From Candidatus Neptunichlamydia sp. (lineage in GTDB: Bacteria > Chlamydiota > Chlamydiia > Chlamydiales > Simkaniaceae), in NCBI GenBank assembly GCA_965233865.1, contig OZ247587.1, forward strand, positions 1,184,001 through 1,248,000: a DNA stretch of 64,000 nucleotides, written 5' to 3'. The notes beneath the pieces were generated by a model. The model did not search any database, was not told where the DNA came from, and saw nothing but the letters and a program-made list of their open reading frames with translations. The position numbers were made by a program, and so were the translations under genes. Shown in pieces: positions 10,611 through 21,574 of this stretch. Numbering within the stretch: position 1 is the stretch's first letter; each line of letters opens with the position of its first letter.

Positions 10611-11768
10611 CTAGAAATCCCATCTAACATCAGCTGTCAATCCGTAAAATGCTACGTCTTCAGAATATCTCTCATATTTAAGTTCTGTAAAATTATCAAT
10701 CCTAAGCATCTGATTTTGTCTCCACCAGTACTCAGCTTCAAAACCAACTCCAATTCCAAGATGATTGCGATCATGATGAAGATAGGTATCATAACGCACT
10801 CCTAAATTAAAGTTTACCATCGGTGCAAATGCACGACGGTTAGCGTGAAGGCCAACTCTAGCATCTCCAACGGCGCTGTAGCGCTCCTTGTGATCCACAT
10901 CAAAATGGCCTAATAGAAGAGCTCCGGAGACATTTCCAAAAAGGCTTAGCTTATTTCCCATATAGCAACGAGAGTCAATCCCTGTACGTGGCCCTAGACC
11001 CCAGAAGTTACAATCTTCTTTAACGCGAACTGTATTCCCTTGAATCCCAAGAAGGTGTATTCCTTGATTAACCGTTGGACTTCCACCTACATATTGAGTT
11101 CTCTGCTCTTGGTCGATCCACGCAGTCTTCAACCCCCAAAATGGACGAAGCGAAAGAGTAGAGCTAACATAGTAATCGCGCCCTAATTCCACATCAACTG
11201 TTTGATAATCTAAGTTATACATCGATTTAGCTCTCGTTGCAAAGATAAACTCACCAACAGTTTGGTTCACCGCAGGAACTGTTGTCAGTGCGCTCGATCC
11301 TCGAAGAGGTATTACCGAACTATTGAGCCCAGCTCGAACAGAATTTGATCCACCAGTTTCCCACCAGGTGCAACGAGCTCTAAAATCCCACCCATCATAG
11401 TCAAAGTTATAGCCTAGACCCGCTCGGATCCCCCAATCCCAGTCAAACTCTATACTTTTCTTTCTTCCTTTAATAGGAAGGGAAGCAATTCTATCTTGAT
11501 CCGTGTAAGCATATTCAGTTCCACCTATTCTTGCCTTCCAATATAGAAGATCAACAGAGATAAACCACCCACGTCCATCAACCTCTGGGCGCGCAGTTGC
11601 GGTATTTGCACCATAGGTCCCTATTGGTGTCTTAGTTCCTACTTGCTTCATCTGATGTTCAAGCTGGTTTAATCGAACTTCTCTATCAGCCGCTGCATAC
11701 GCCTGAGAAGAGATCATAAGAAAGGAAAGGGTGCCCAGTCCAAAATTTCTTAAATATCTCAGCTTCAT
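10611..11768 (-). CDS. MOMP-like (Lpg1974 family) porin, tandem paralog
   Basis: Clearly paralogous to 9093..10268; terminal WDF. Confidence 0.85.
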   Translation of the reverse strand: MKLRYLRNFGLGTLSFLMISSQAYAAADREVRLNQLEHQMKQVGTKTPIGTYGANTATARPEVDGRGWFISVDLLYWKARIGGTEYAYTDQDRIASLPIKGRKKSIEFDWDWGIRAGLGYNFDYDGWDFRARCTWWETGGSNSVRAGLNSSVIPLRGSSALTTVPAVNQTVGEFIFATRAKSMYNLDYQTVDVELGRDYYVSSTLSLRPFWGLKTAWIDQEQRTQYVGGSPTVNQGIHLLGIQGNTVRVKEDCNFWGLGPRTGIDSRCYMGNKLSLFGNVSGALLLGHFDVDHKERYSAVGDARVGLHANRRAFAPMVNFNLGVRYDTYLHHDRNHLGIGVGFEAEYWWRQNQMLRIDNFTELKYERYSEDVAFYGLTADVRWDF

Positions 11769-11929
11769 CTTTTTTACCTCTAGAGGGGGGAGTTAAATAT
11801 AATGGTTATTAGTTCCCTGATATAAAGTATAATGAAGAATAAAAAAAAGAAATTTTTATAAAAAGATAGATATAAATATTAAGTGCTAATTATCAAAGCA
11901 ATAGAATTGCAGAGCTTGTGTAAGATTTT

Positions 11930-13594
11930 CTATTCCTGCTCAATAATATCTAGGAAAGCTTGAAGCTGCTTTGATCTTGTTGGGTGGCGCATCTTGCGGA
12001 GAGCCTTAGCCTCAATTTGACGAACTCTTTCACGAGTCACTTTGAACCGCACTCCAACTTCTTCTAAAGTCTTAGGCTTTCCGTCAAGGAGCCCAAAACG
12101 TTCAATGAGAACTGTTCTTTCTCGATCAGTCAGCGTCGAGAGAACCTCATTCATCTTATCCTTTAATATAGAATACCCCGTAGCTTCATCAGGAGATTCG
12201 ATCGAAGTGTCTTCAATAAAATCACCAAACTGGCTTTCTCCGCTATCTCCCACCTCAGCCTGCAAAGAGATTGGATGCTGAGCAATCTTATAGATTTCCC
12301 GAATCCTCTCGGGGGTTAGACCGAGTTCCGTTGCCAATTCTTCAGGAGTAGGCTCTCGCCCAGTCTCCATCATTAACTTCTTGGCACCACGAAGAACCTT
12401 ATTAATCGTCTCGATCATGTGGACAGGAATTCGAATCGTCCGAGCTTGGTCAGCGATTGCGCGTGTCACTGCTTGGCGAATCCACCAGGTAGCATAGGTA
12501 GAAAATTTATACCCTCGACGGTATTCAAACTTTTCAACCGCCTTCATCAGACCCATATTCCCTTCCTGGATTAGATCAAGGAATGAAAGTCCTCTGTTGG
12601 TATATTTCTTTGCAATCGAGATCACGAGGCGAAGGTTAGACTCCACCATTTCCCTTTTAGCCTCTTGGCTCTTATCCATCCAACGTTGAAGCATCCGAAC
12701 GTCTTTCTTAAACTTATCTAGAGTGCGTCCTGCAGCAAGCTCACGCTTTGCCAATTTTCGTTCAGCAGCCATTAGCTTTGCTTTTGCAAACCTATTTTTC
12801 TCAGCACGAGGAATAAGTTCTTGAATTTCTTTTTCCAAGGCCAAGAAACGATCGTAGGAAGAAAGAATAACCTCACCAAAATCATCAGTAATGTTATGTC
12901 GGAAATGCATCCGCCTTAAATAAGCTTGAGTCCGTACATTACACTTCTCTATATCTTCTGAAAGCTTAACCTTTCCGACCTTTGAAAGCTTTGGCTCTAA
13001 AGAACGGATCAAAAAACCCTCTAGGGTAATATCTTCTCTATAGAGTAATTCTTTAAGTTTAGGTAGCTTCTTAAGGAAGCTATTTTTATCCTCGATTTCC
13101 TTTTCAGCAATAATTTTATCGAAACGGTCTTTTCCAGAAATTAAATAGTTGGCAATAGAGATCGATTCACGAGTTGAATAGCGGAACCGCATAATAATTC
13201 GTTCGATCTGGATCTGTGCTTTTTCAATCCTTTTGGAGATTTCCACCTCTTCTTCCCTAGAAAGGAGGGGGACAGACCCCATTTCTTTTAGGTACATTCG
13301 AACAGGATCGTCACTACTCCCTTCCATCCTTTTCGGAAGGGCTTCCATTTCCTTAGCTTCTTTTTTTCTTTCTTTTTGGCGATCAACTTCAGATTGATTC
13401 AAAATCTGAATATCCATTCCGCTTAAGAAAATCAGCACTTGGTCGATTTGCTCAGCAGAATCAAAGGTCATTGGGAGGATTTCATTGATTTCCTCATACG
13501 TGATAAACCCTTGCTCCTTAGCAATAGCTACGAGCTCTTCGATTTTTTGTTGATGCTGGGGATCGAAACCCTGACTAAATCCGGATTTGCTCAT
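11930..13594 (-). CDS. rpoD: RNA polymerase primary sigma factor (sigma66)
   Basis: [36 protein letters not shown] and TRERVRQIE motifs. Confidence 0.98.
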   Translation of the reverse strand: MSKSGFSQGFDPQHQQKIEELVAIAKEQGFITYEEINEILPMTFDSAEQIDQVLIFLSGMDIQILNQSEVDRQKERKKEAKEMEALPKRMEGSSDDPVRMYLKEMGSVPLLSREEEVEISKRIEKAQIQIERIIMRFRYSTRESISIANYLISGKDRFDKIIAEKEIEDKNSFLKKLPKLKELLYREDITLEGFLIRSLEPKLSKVGKVKLSEDIEKCNVRTQAYLRRMHFRHNITDDFGEVILSSYDRFLALEKEIQELIPRAEKNRFAKAKLMAAERKLAKRELAAGRTLDKFKKDVRMLQRWMDKSQEAKREMVESNLRLVISIAKKYTNRGLSFLDLIQEGNMGLMKAVEKFEYRRGYKFSTYATWWIRQAVTRAIADQARTIRIPVHMIETINKVLRGAKKLMMETGREPTPEELATELGLTPERIREIYKIAQHPISLQAEVGDSGESQFGDFIEDTSIESPDEATGYSILKDKMNEVLSTLTDRERTVLIERFGLLDGKPKTLEEVGVRFKVTRERVRQIEAKALRKMRHPTRSKQLQAFLDIIEQE

Positions 13595-13717
13595 TATCTC
13601 CTATGGAATAACGCACGAAAGGTCTACCTACTGTAACAATTCCAAGCGTAAAATGCCAGAACTATCTATTATAATGCTGTTCATATTGCAGCGAAAAAAG
13701 GATATTGTCAAGAGATC

Positions 13718-14362
13718 ATGCATTGCTATCACAAAGTAATCCAAAAAACGTTAGCTAATTTTCTTCAAGGCAGCGTTATTGAATATCGATTCTCGTCAAT
13801 TCGAAGAATTGCTGACGTTGTTTTTTTTCCTAAAAAAATTATTTTTGAAGTGCAGTGTTCTCCTATTTCAGTCGAAGATGTTCAAAAAAGAAACGAAGAC
13901 TATTCGTCCCTTGGCTTCACTGTAATTTGGATCTTGCATGACAGAACTTACAATAAAAAAATTGCTACCCCTGCAGAGCTTTACCTCCGTCAAAATCTCT
14001 CTTATTACACATCTATGACTCCCTTTGGACATGGTTTTTTTTACGATCAGCTTGATTTTTTTAAAGGCGTGACACGAATCTACAAAAGCAAGCCCCAAAC
14101 AATCAAGTCATTCTTCCCCAAGCCTCTCCCAAGGTTCCCCTTTTTCTTTCCCAATAAACTCAGAAAACGCCCTCTGATGCTCTCTGGAGACACCACCGAC
14201 TATCTCCTCAAGAGCAAACAAGGAAAATGGGCATGGCAACTTGAGAAAAGCCTGACGCGAAAATGGACATGTAAAAAAGTTACGAAAGAGCTTTTTCATT
14301 CCCTTCTTCTGAAAAACGCATCCCCCTCACATAAATATTTAGAAAGGCAAAATACAATATAA
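13718..14362 (+). CDS. CoiA-like PD-(D/E)xK nuclease
   Basis: RIADV..IFEVQCSPIS..R..DY..LG..VIWIL. Confidence 0.75.
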   Translation: MHCYHKVIQKTLANFLQGSVIEYRFSSIRRIADVVFFPKKIIFEVQCSPISVEDVQKRNEDYSSLGFTVIWILHDRTYNKKIATPAELYLRQNLSYYTSMTPFGHGFFYDQLDFFKGVTRIYKSKPQTIKSFFPKPLPRFPFFFPNKLRKRPLMLSGDTTDYLLKSKQGKWAWQLEKSLTRKWTCKKVTKELFHSLLLKNASPSHKYLERQNTI

Positions 14363-14756
14363 TTCCAAGAGACACCGCAAAATGAATCGCCTTCTTTGTT
14401 GGAAACATTTTTTGAAGAAATGCATCATGGGGGTGTTTAGGATTATACCAAATTTCCCAAGTTTTTTTTTGCCACGCTTCGATTAAATCCTCCGCTAGAT
14501 AGGGGTTAGGATAAACTGGTTTTGGGAAAGAGTATATTCCCATAACTGCCCTTTCCTCGACCTGAAACTGATACGCAGCCTCAACAGAAAATTTACCCGA
14601 TTTGATTTCGACCACTTTCCAATCAAAAACCTGGGCTTCTGAGGAGTGTGTCAAATGGAAGTAGCGATTAAGGTTATAAAAAAATTCCCCACCAAGATAG
14701 AGGCTTGCTCCACCAACGATTAAAAACATAAATATAAAAAAATTCTTAGAGATCAT
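14280..14756 (-). CDS. Two-TM membrane protein (DUF3592-like)
   Basis: Terminal TMs and WYNPKHP..A.L motif. Confidence 0.6.
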   Translation of the reverse strand: MISKNFFIFMFLIVGGASLYLGGEFFYNLNRYFHLTHSSEAQVFDWKVVEIKSGKFSVEAAYQFQVEERAVMGIYSFPKPVYPNPYLAEDLIEAWQKKTWEIWYNPKHPHDAFLQKMFPTKKAIHFAVSLGIILYFAFLNIYVRGMRFSEEGNEKALS

Positions 14757-14843
14757 AAAGACACCTCACTGCTTGATTGACGAATTATTCCCAAATTGGT
14801 ATATTTTTTTCCATCACTCAATTTTAACGATTGGAATTATTTT

Positions 14844-15134
14844 ATGTCTGAAGAAGGAAAAAAGGGCCCTGCAAAGAAAAAGTGCCCGACTGCTCAAAAA
14901 CGCATTAAGCAAGACGAGAAACGCAACCTTCGTAACCGTTCTTTTAAATCTAGTGTAAAAACTGCAATCCGTTCTTTTGAAAGCGCACTGACTTCAAAAG
15001 ATAGTGAGAAAATGCAAACAGCGCTCAGTGCTGTTTACAGTCTCATGGATCGCGGAGTTAAGCAAGGGGTTTACAAAAAAAATAAAGCGGCACGCGCCAA
15101 ACAACGCATGTCTTTAATACAAAAAAGCGCTTAA
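14844..15134 (+). CDS. rpsT: 30S ribosomal protein S20
   Basis: AQKRIKQ..KRNLRNRSFKS.VKT; KNKAAR. Confidence 0.95.
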   Translation: MSEEGKKGPAKKKCPTAQKRIKQDEKRNLRNRSFKSSVKTAIRSFESALTSKDSEKMQTALSAVYSLMDRGVKQGVYKKNKAARAKQRMSLIQKSA

Positions 15135-15289
15135 GCTTTACTATAATAGATCAAGCATCTCCCGGACTTCATCCCATATGGGATATCCGACAGCTTTGTA
15201 AGCATCAAGCCAAGCAAACGAGATGCTTTTGTTTTCCTCTACCGCAAATGGATCATTCTTGTCTTATTCCTTTATAAAACTTGAACTAC

Positions 15290-15389
15290 TCTTCTCCAGA
15301 GGCACTCTATGAAAATATTATCAAGGGTCCTTCCTTTTCCGTCCATGAGGTAGCTTCTATGCAGGGGTCAAGATCTTTGCAACAAAACC
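15290..15389. mobile_element. Tiny IS3 orfB scrap and IS6-like end
   Basis: Minus-strand MDGKGRTLDNIFIECLWR; CTTTGCAACAAAACC at 15375-15389. Confidence 0.55.
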
Positions 15390-15463
15390 TTCCTTCCCAT
15401 ATGTACTTGTTTTAATGTTGCGCAGATTTCAAATTTAAACCTGTATAGTCTATTTATAATTTT

Positions 15464-16180
15464 ATGACGCAGATAAAAGAAGAGATTACAGGGGATGAAG
15501 GAATTATTATTGCTGCAAACAGTCAATACGAGCAGTTCCTCCCCTGGTGGTGGAAGCATTATAACACGCATTCTTCCTTGCCCGTTACGTTTTTTGATCT
15601 AGGTCTTACTAACCCCCTAAAAGAGTGGTGTGCTTCTAAAGGGACTGTTATTCCCTTTTCTAAACCGATGGATTTTTTAGCCAAGCGCGATGAAGTGGAT
15701 CACAAAAAAAGAGATCACTGGGAAAAGCATTGGACACCAAGTATTTGGGGAAAACGAGCAGCGTGGTTTGCAAAACCCTTTACCCTTCTCCAAAGTCCCT
15801 ACAAAAAAACTCTTTTTCTAGATATTGATTGTCGCGTTCAAGCAGACATTGCACCTCTTTTTAATTATCTCACGCCTTCAGTTGGATTTACAATTGTGAA
15901 GCACGAGTTTCAGGAGGGCTTCTACCACAATTCGGGAGTATGTGTTGCGCTTCAAGGGTCCCCTGTAGTTCTTAAGTGGGCACAAGAAGGGGTCGAAAAA
16001 AATCACGAATTCATGGGAGATGAAGATGTCATCCATCATCTCATTCTCCAAAACCATTTTGATATTCCCTTTTTTCCTCTTAAATACAACCACCCCCATC
16101 TCTTTGGTGGAGGAAATCAAGCAATCATCCAACACTTTCTTGGCCTCGAAGGGAAAGATAAAATTTTGCTCGATCTCTAA
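15464..16180 (+). CDS. GT-A fold glycosyltransferase 1
   Basis: KP..L..SPY..TLFLDIDC (DxD), NSGV, GDE. Confidence 0.75.
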   Translation: MTQIKEEITGDEGIIIAANSQYEQFLPWWWKHYNTHSSLPVTFFDLGLTNPLKEWCASKGTVIPFSKPMDFLAKRDEVDHKKRDHWEKHWTPSIWGKRAAWFAKPFTLLQSPYKKTLFLDIDCRVQADIAPLFNYLTPSVGFTIVKHEFQEGFYHNSGVCVALQGSPVVLKWAQEGVEKNHEFMGDEDVIHHLILQNHFDIPFFPLKYNHPHLFGGGNQAIIQHFLGLEGKDKILLDL

Positions 16181-16205
16181 TGATCGCTCGGATATAGATA
16201 CAAAC

Positions 16206-16937
16206 ATGGCAGCAATTACAAAGTGGAATCAGAAAAATTACACAGGCGGAGATGGCGTTATTGTCGCTTCAGATATGAAGCAAGAGTGGATCTTAAAATG
16301 GTGGTGGGACCATTACTCCAAGCACAACGATTCCCCAGTCACTTTCTTTGATCTTGGAATGTCAAAAAGCGCTCTTATCTGGTGCGAATCAAAAGGAAAT
16401 GTTGTTCCCTTTTCCCTGCCAGACTCAACAATTTCGAAAAAAAGTGACATCCCCTCTGACCTTCAAAAGCAATGGGAAGGTAGCTACTCAGAGCGCATCT
16501 GGGACTGTAGAATCGAATGGATGCACAAACCATTTATTATTCTTCAAAGCCCTTATAACAGAACCATCTGGATTGATGTCGATTGCGAAGTTAGAAATTC
16601 ACTAAGTCCCTTGTTCAACTATTGCGACACCGAGGATGGGATCAGCCTAATCAAGCTCAACCTTAAAGCCAATACAGTGATTAACTCTGGTGTTGTTATT
16701 GCCAAAAGACTTGCCCCCGCTTTTACTTATTGGGCAGAAGCCGTATTAGAAAAACACCATGTCACCATGAGCGACGAAACAGCCCTTATTGAAGCCCAAA
16801 AAAAACACCCCATTAAGATCAATCCCCTCCCCTTTGGCTTCAATTTCCTCAATTTCTGGAAAACCAATTCTCCTGTGAATGTCTACCATCATGGCGGAGG
16901 CGCAGGGAAACGAGAAATTCTAAAACAAATTAAGTGA
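16206..16937 (+). CDS. GT-A fold glycosyltransferase 2
   Basis: Paralog with WIDVDC; start set at MAAITKW. Confidence 0.75.
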   Translation: MAAITKWNQKNYTGGDGVIVASDMKQEWILKWWWDHYSKHNDSPVTFFDLGMSKSALIWCESKGNVVPFSLPDSTISKKSDIPSDLQKQWEGSYSERIWDCRIEWMHKPFIILQSPYNRTIWIDVDCEVRNSLSPLFNYCDTEDGISLIKLNLKANTVINSGVVIAKRLAPAFTYWAEAVLEKHHVTMSDETALIEAQKKHPIKINPLPFGFNFLNFWKTNSPVNVYHHGGGAGKREILKQIK

Positions 16938-17668
16938 TTATTATGGAAGAACATCTTAACTGGAATTCTAAACCCTCTGGAGATGGAGTCATTGTTGCAA
17001 CCGACATCACGCAAGAATGGATGCTCAAATGGTGGTGGGACCACTATTCCAAACAAAGCTCATACCCCGTTACATTTTTTGATTTAGGAATGTCAAAAAG
17101 CGCCCTTATCTGGTGCGAGACTAAAGGGACAACCTTCTCTTTTTCCTTCCCCGAAGGTTTGATTAAACCAAAAGAAGAGATCGATCCAAAGCAAAGCTCT
17201 ATTTGGGAGGAAAAATATCCTGGAGATCTTTGGGAAGGGAGAACCGAATGGTTCGCAAAACCCTTTCTTCTTCTAAAAAGCCCCTACAAACGAACCATTT
17301 GGATGGATCTAGATTGCGAAGTGCGCCACCCTATCGATAAACTCTTCGAATATGCTGATGAAGGCGATGGATTTAGCATCTTAAAATTCCAGGTAAAAGA
17401 TCTCGATATATATAACACAGGCGTTATTGTTTGCCGTCACGGCTCTTCAATTCCCCAAAAATGGGCCTTTCACACACAGGAAAATAATCACAAACATTTT
17501 GGTGATGAAACAGTCCTTATGGAAATGCTAGAAAATGAAAACCTTACTATTACTCCTCACCCTCTTCTTTACAATTGGCCAACAATCATTCCTCAAGACC
17601 CTAATACCGTTATACGTCATCATGCTGGAGGATACGGGAAAACTAGAATCCTTGGAAAACTGCAATGA
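16934..17668 (+). CDS. GT-A fold glycosyltransferase 3
   Basis: Paralog with WMDLDC. Confidence 0.75.
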   Translation: MIIMEEHLNWNSKPSGDGVIVATDITQEWMLKWWWDHYSKQSSYPVTFFDLGMSKSALIWCETKGTTFSFSFPEGLIKPKEEIDPKQSSIWEEKYPGDLWEGRTEWFAKPFLLLKSPYKRTIWMDLDCEVRHPIDKLFEYADEGDGFSILKFQVKDLDIYNTGVIVCRHGSSIPQKWAFHTQENNHKHFGDETVLMEMLENENLTITPHPLLYNWPTIIPQDPNTVIRHHAGGYGKTRILGKLQ

Positions 17669-18387
17669 AAAAGGGAGTGCTAACTGGATGCAATGCTGAG
17701 CAAGAGTGGATGCTTAAGTGGTGGTGGAAAAACTACTCCAAACACAATAACTATCCCGTCACTTTTTGCGATTTCGGAATGAGCTTAGGTGCCAGAAAAT
17801 GGTGCGAAACAAGAGGAAGAGTTCTCTCCTTTAACCCTAAATCAATCTCCACAGATAAAAACCAATCGGCTCCATGGTCAGATAAAGTGAGTCTTTCGAC
17901 ATTGAATAAACGCTCCGTTTGGTTTTCTAAACCCCTTATTCTCTCCCAATCCCCCTATGAAAAAAACCTTTGGACCGACGTTGATTGCGAAATTCTCAAA
18001 GACATCACCCCCCTCTTTGAAATGACAGAAAGTAAAGATGGTTTCGCCATCGCATACGATACAGAAGAAAATACAAAACGCGCACAAAAATACAATCTCT
18101 TAAAAGATAACGTGCAAGTTCTTCAAGCAGGCGTCATTGTATTTAAGAAGACTTCTCCTGTTATCTCTGCGTGGATTGATCACTGCTTAAAACACATCGA
18201 TACCGAGATTTCAGATCAAACAGCCCTTAGCCATCTAATTGCAAAAAAAAACTTTGATATCACCATCTTCTCCAACAAATACAATTGGCTGATCTCCGAA
18301 TTCTCATCCGATCACATTGCCATTATCCATCACACAGGAGCCAGCCGAAAAAGGAAGCTCCTATCCGAGATGAAGTTTCATGGATAG
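17665..18387 (+). CDS. GT-A fold glycosyltransferase 4
   Basis: Paralog with WTDVDC. Confidence 0.75.
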   Translation: MKKGVLTGCNAEQEWMLKWWWKNYSKHNNYPVTFCDFGMSLGARKWCETRGRVLSFNPKSISTDKNQSAPWSDKVSLSTLNKRSVWFSKPLILSQSPYEKNLWTDVDCEILKDITPLFEMTESKDGFAIAYDTEENTKRAQKYNLLKDNVQVLQAGVIVFKKTSPVISAWIDHCLKHIDTEISDQTALSHLIAKKNFDITIFSNKYNWLISEFSSDHIAIIHHTGASRKRKLLSEMKFHG

Positions 18388-18600
18388 CGGGGTGATCACT
18401 AGGTGAGACGAGCGCCAAGAATACCTCCTAAAATGGTGGTGGGCAAACTATTCCAAGCACAACACTTACCCCGTTGCTTTCTACGACTTTGGAATGAGTC
18501 CTTCTGCACAAAGCTGGTGCACAAGTAAAGGAACGCTTATCTCCCAACCCTCCATTACCTATGAGCAACCTATCAGAAGAAATCGAATCCGTCCCCATTG
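18380..18600 (+). pseudogene. Glycosyltransferase paralog 5, truncated
   Basis: MDSGVITR*DERQEYLLKWWWANYSKHNTYPVAFYDFGMS; TGA at 18404. Confidence 0.8.
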
Positions 18601-18800
18601 ACCCATCTTCAAAACAACTAGCATCTAGTATCAGATCCCATCAACCTTCATCGCCGCTTCAAAACGATCATTTGCCCCTAAATGCTCAAGAGCCGTTGGA
18701 TCTACACTCTGAATCACCCCTTCAATCGAAGGGTAAATCCAATCCTTTCGTTCATCAAGCGAAGAGTCAAAAACCGTTCCTAAAAAGCAAATACATAATA

Positions 18801-20138
18801 TTACAACGCGCATAACCTTCTTCGAATTCCTGATAATCTTTCACTCCCTTTTTTCACGCACTCCTCAATCACACCCTCTTCCCCCAGAACAATCAACTCA
18901 TCTTTGGCCCGAGTCATTCCCGTATAGAGAATCTCCCGACCAAACATCTCTGATCCCTTAGGCACCAATAAAACCACCTTCTTAAACTCACTCCCCTGAC
19001 TTTTATGAACTGAAATACAATACGCCAGCTCAAATTTTGGCAAAAGCGCAGCAGGAAATTCCCGCTCCCCAAACCGTACCACATCATTTTTTCCAATTGC
19101 TCTCCCAGGATCCCTCTTTGATAGCACCCCCATTTCCCCATTGCTCAGCTCCATTCGTCGATCACTCCGCGTAATCATAATAGGAATCTCTCCCTCGTCC
19201 CGCATCAACTCATTGATTGCTTCCACCCCAAAAGGACCCTTTCTCAAGCACGATAGCACCTGATAGCCTCCCCTTTTCCATCCCTCAACGTCCCTTTCTA
19301 GATTCCCATATTCAATCGTTTTCCCCTCACGCACCGCAGCTGCCTTCTCCAAAATTTCCACTCGATCACTCCGCATACATTCATCCAAATGCACATAACC
19401 TCGGCCCCTCTCCTTCATAAAACTACACAGCTCTCCGAACACCGTGCCTGCCTCCACCGGCGGCAACTGATCATGATCCCCCACTAAAATAAGTCGTGTT
19501 CCCTTCTTTACATTCCTAAGAAGCGCCGACCACATTCCCACATCAATCATCGAACACTCATCAACAATCACCATCCCAGAGTCTAGCACCTTCCCCCCAA
19601 AAAGCATTTCCTTCCCATTCCGTATCCCCAAAAGACTATGAAGCGTTCCCACTTCCGAATCCAACTTTTTCCGAAGAAGAAGCGTAGCCTTACCCGTAGG
19701 TGCACACACACATACATCCATTCCCCATCTCCTTACAACCTCCCCAATCACATACGACTTTCCCGTCCCCGGCCCCCCCGTTAGGCAAACAATACTCTCC
19801 CCCAAGCACTCTTCAACCGCACGCTGCTGCCCCTCATTCAGACTTCCTACATCCCCCAAGTCAATCCGCTTGACATCCCCATCTAAAAGCCGACCAAACT
19901 CTCGAACCACACTCCCTTCAAGCACCCAGTTCTTCTGCAAATACACAAGATCGCCCCATCTCCCAACCAGCCCCTCAAACCGCTCTTCATCACCCTTGAG
20001 AATGACGCCCTCATTTCCTTCCTTCCGAATACACAGATGTCCCTCCCGCGCAGCTGCCATCAGCTCCGCCCCTAAAGGGGCTCGCTCTCCAACAATCTGA
20101 TCAATGTCACACATTTCCATAGAGAGCAACCATACCAT
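18801..20138 (-). CDS. recD: RecD-like ATP-dependent helicase
   Basis: GGPGTGKS, APTGKA, VDECSM, GDHDQLPPV and SVHKSQGSEF motifs. Confidence 0.9.
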   Translation of the reverse strand: MVWLLSMEMCDIDQIVGERAPLGAELMAAAREGHLCIRKEGNEGVILKGDEERFEGLVGRWGDLVYLQKNWVLEGSVVREFGRLLDGDVKRIDLGDVGSLNEGQQRAVEECLGESIVCLTGGPGTGKSYVIGEVVRRWGMDVCVCAPTGKATLLLRKKLDSEVGTLHSLLGIRNGKEMLFGGKVLDSGMVIVDECSMIDVGMWSALLRNVKKGTRLILVGDHDQLPPVEAGTVFGELCSFMKERGRGYVHLDECMRSDRVEILEKAAAVREGKTIEYGNLERDVEGWKRGGYQVLSCLRKGPFGVEAINELMRDEGEIPIMITRSDRRMELSNGEMGVLSKRDPGRAIGKNDVVRFGEREFPAALLPKFELAYCISVHKSQGSEFKKVVLLVPKGSEMFGREILYTGMTRAKDELIVLGEEGVIEECVKKGSERLSGIRRRLCAL

Positions 20139-20200
20139 TCCTCATAAAAAATACAAACCTGATATATTTGCGCAGCATCCAAACCCAAAGGGAGGATACC

Positions 20201-20477
20201 ATGACAAAAACAGCAACAATGAACCAAGTCGTTCACTTTTAAATTCCCTATGATGACATAGAAAAAGCCAAAGAATTCTACAGCATCTTTAACTAGGAAT
20301 TAAATGATATTCTAGGAATGGATTACGTAGGAGTTCGAACCACTCCCGTCGATGAAAACAAAATGCCCACTCAGCCCGGAGCCATTAACGGCGGATTCAT
20401 GAAAAGAACCGAGCAAGTCAAAGGCCCAGTAATCGCAGTCCAAGTCGACTCCGTCGACACCTACCTACAACTCATTG
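20201..20477 (+). pseudogene. VOC/glyoxalase family pseudogene
   Basis: VVHF*IPYDDIEKAKEFY..N*..GAINGG; two stops and a truncated 3' end. Confidence 0.8.
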
Positions 20478-20619
20478 CTAGTTTCCCTAAAAAATCGTAT
20501 GGAAAATTTATGCAGCTATATCGAAAGTTCACATTGGAGCCGAAAAAATACTCTACCTCCCCTGCATGGCACGAAAACAGTCATTTTTGGACATGCGAGT
20601 GCATCTTCAAAACAAACTA

Positions 20620-21540
20620 GTCTCGATGAAAGTAGGTTTGTCTTGGGCCTAACCGCTGCAAAAGTGGCGTAAGTTAATGAGAGCAAATGCTATATACTTC
20701 ATCCCATAGTGATGCGAGCTGATTCTCTCGAACCGTATAAGAAGCCGTTTGAACTTGTCCTCCCATGCAAAGACTCGCTATATGGTACGGAAGCGTTCTT
20801 TAAAAACCTCGAAGTCAAACATGGGCTTGCGACTACTCTTGCTCTTTTTTCTATTTCGTTTGTTTGGATTGATGTTAGGTTTCATTCTCGCATTGAAGAT
20901 TTTCTTACCGTTTTTACGGCAATCATAGACCCCATCGAGGCTCATGGTGGATCCTTTAATGTTGAACCCCACAGCCTTTGCCATACTTTTCAATGGGCCC
21001 ATTGCTTCACGTATGAGAGGTGATTCATTCTTGTTGCCTGGTGCGAAAATCATAGGCGCTATAACATTGCAGTTGCGATCACATAGAGCGACAACCTTAT
21101 CGCCTTTCATGTGTTTATGACCGTTGAAACCTATATTATCGCCCCTTTTTTAGCCGTTGTCGTGCTACCATCTCCGTGAATCACATTGGTATCTAATAAT
21201 TTTTTTGAAAACAACTGCTGAACAGAACCCACAAAGATCTTTTCGAAACAGTCATCTCTATGCTAGCGTTGAAAGGTGCGGAATATGCGAGTGTGGTGGA
21301 TTTCCGGCTTGCCAGATGCATCTTTGTTAATGGGGATTTCTTCCTATTGACAACCGGTATGCATCAACTTCAAAATGTAGTTGAAGAGACGGTAAAATCA
21401 CACCTTTGTCTTAGGTCCTCTCGATCTTTCCATGAGGTGGGGCAAGACAAATTGGTCAAACTCCTCTCGTGACAGATGGGTCGGAATGCTTTAGTATTTC
21501 TTGCTTCTACTCATTATTATTGGAGACATTCAACAGTCAT
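20620..21540 (-). mobile_element. Degenerate IS5-family transposase
   Basis: HGDGSTTTAKKG, GHKHMKGDK and VFAWEDKFKRLLIRFE; several stops and a frameshift. Confidence 0.8.
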
Positions 21541-21574
21541 TTTGGAACTTGATATTTGTTATGGGTTCTAACTA

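Noticed and set aside
16020..16205. Long overlap between glycosyltransferases 1 and 2
   Set aside because: Paralog alignment supports a start at 16206
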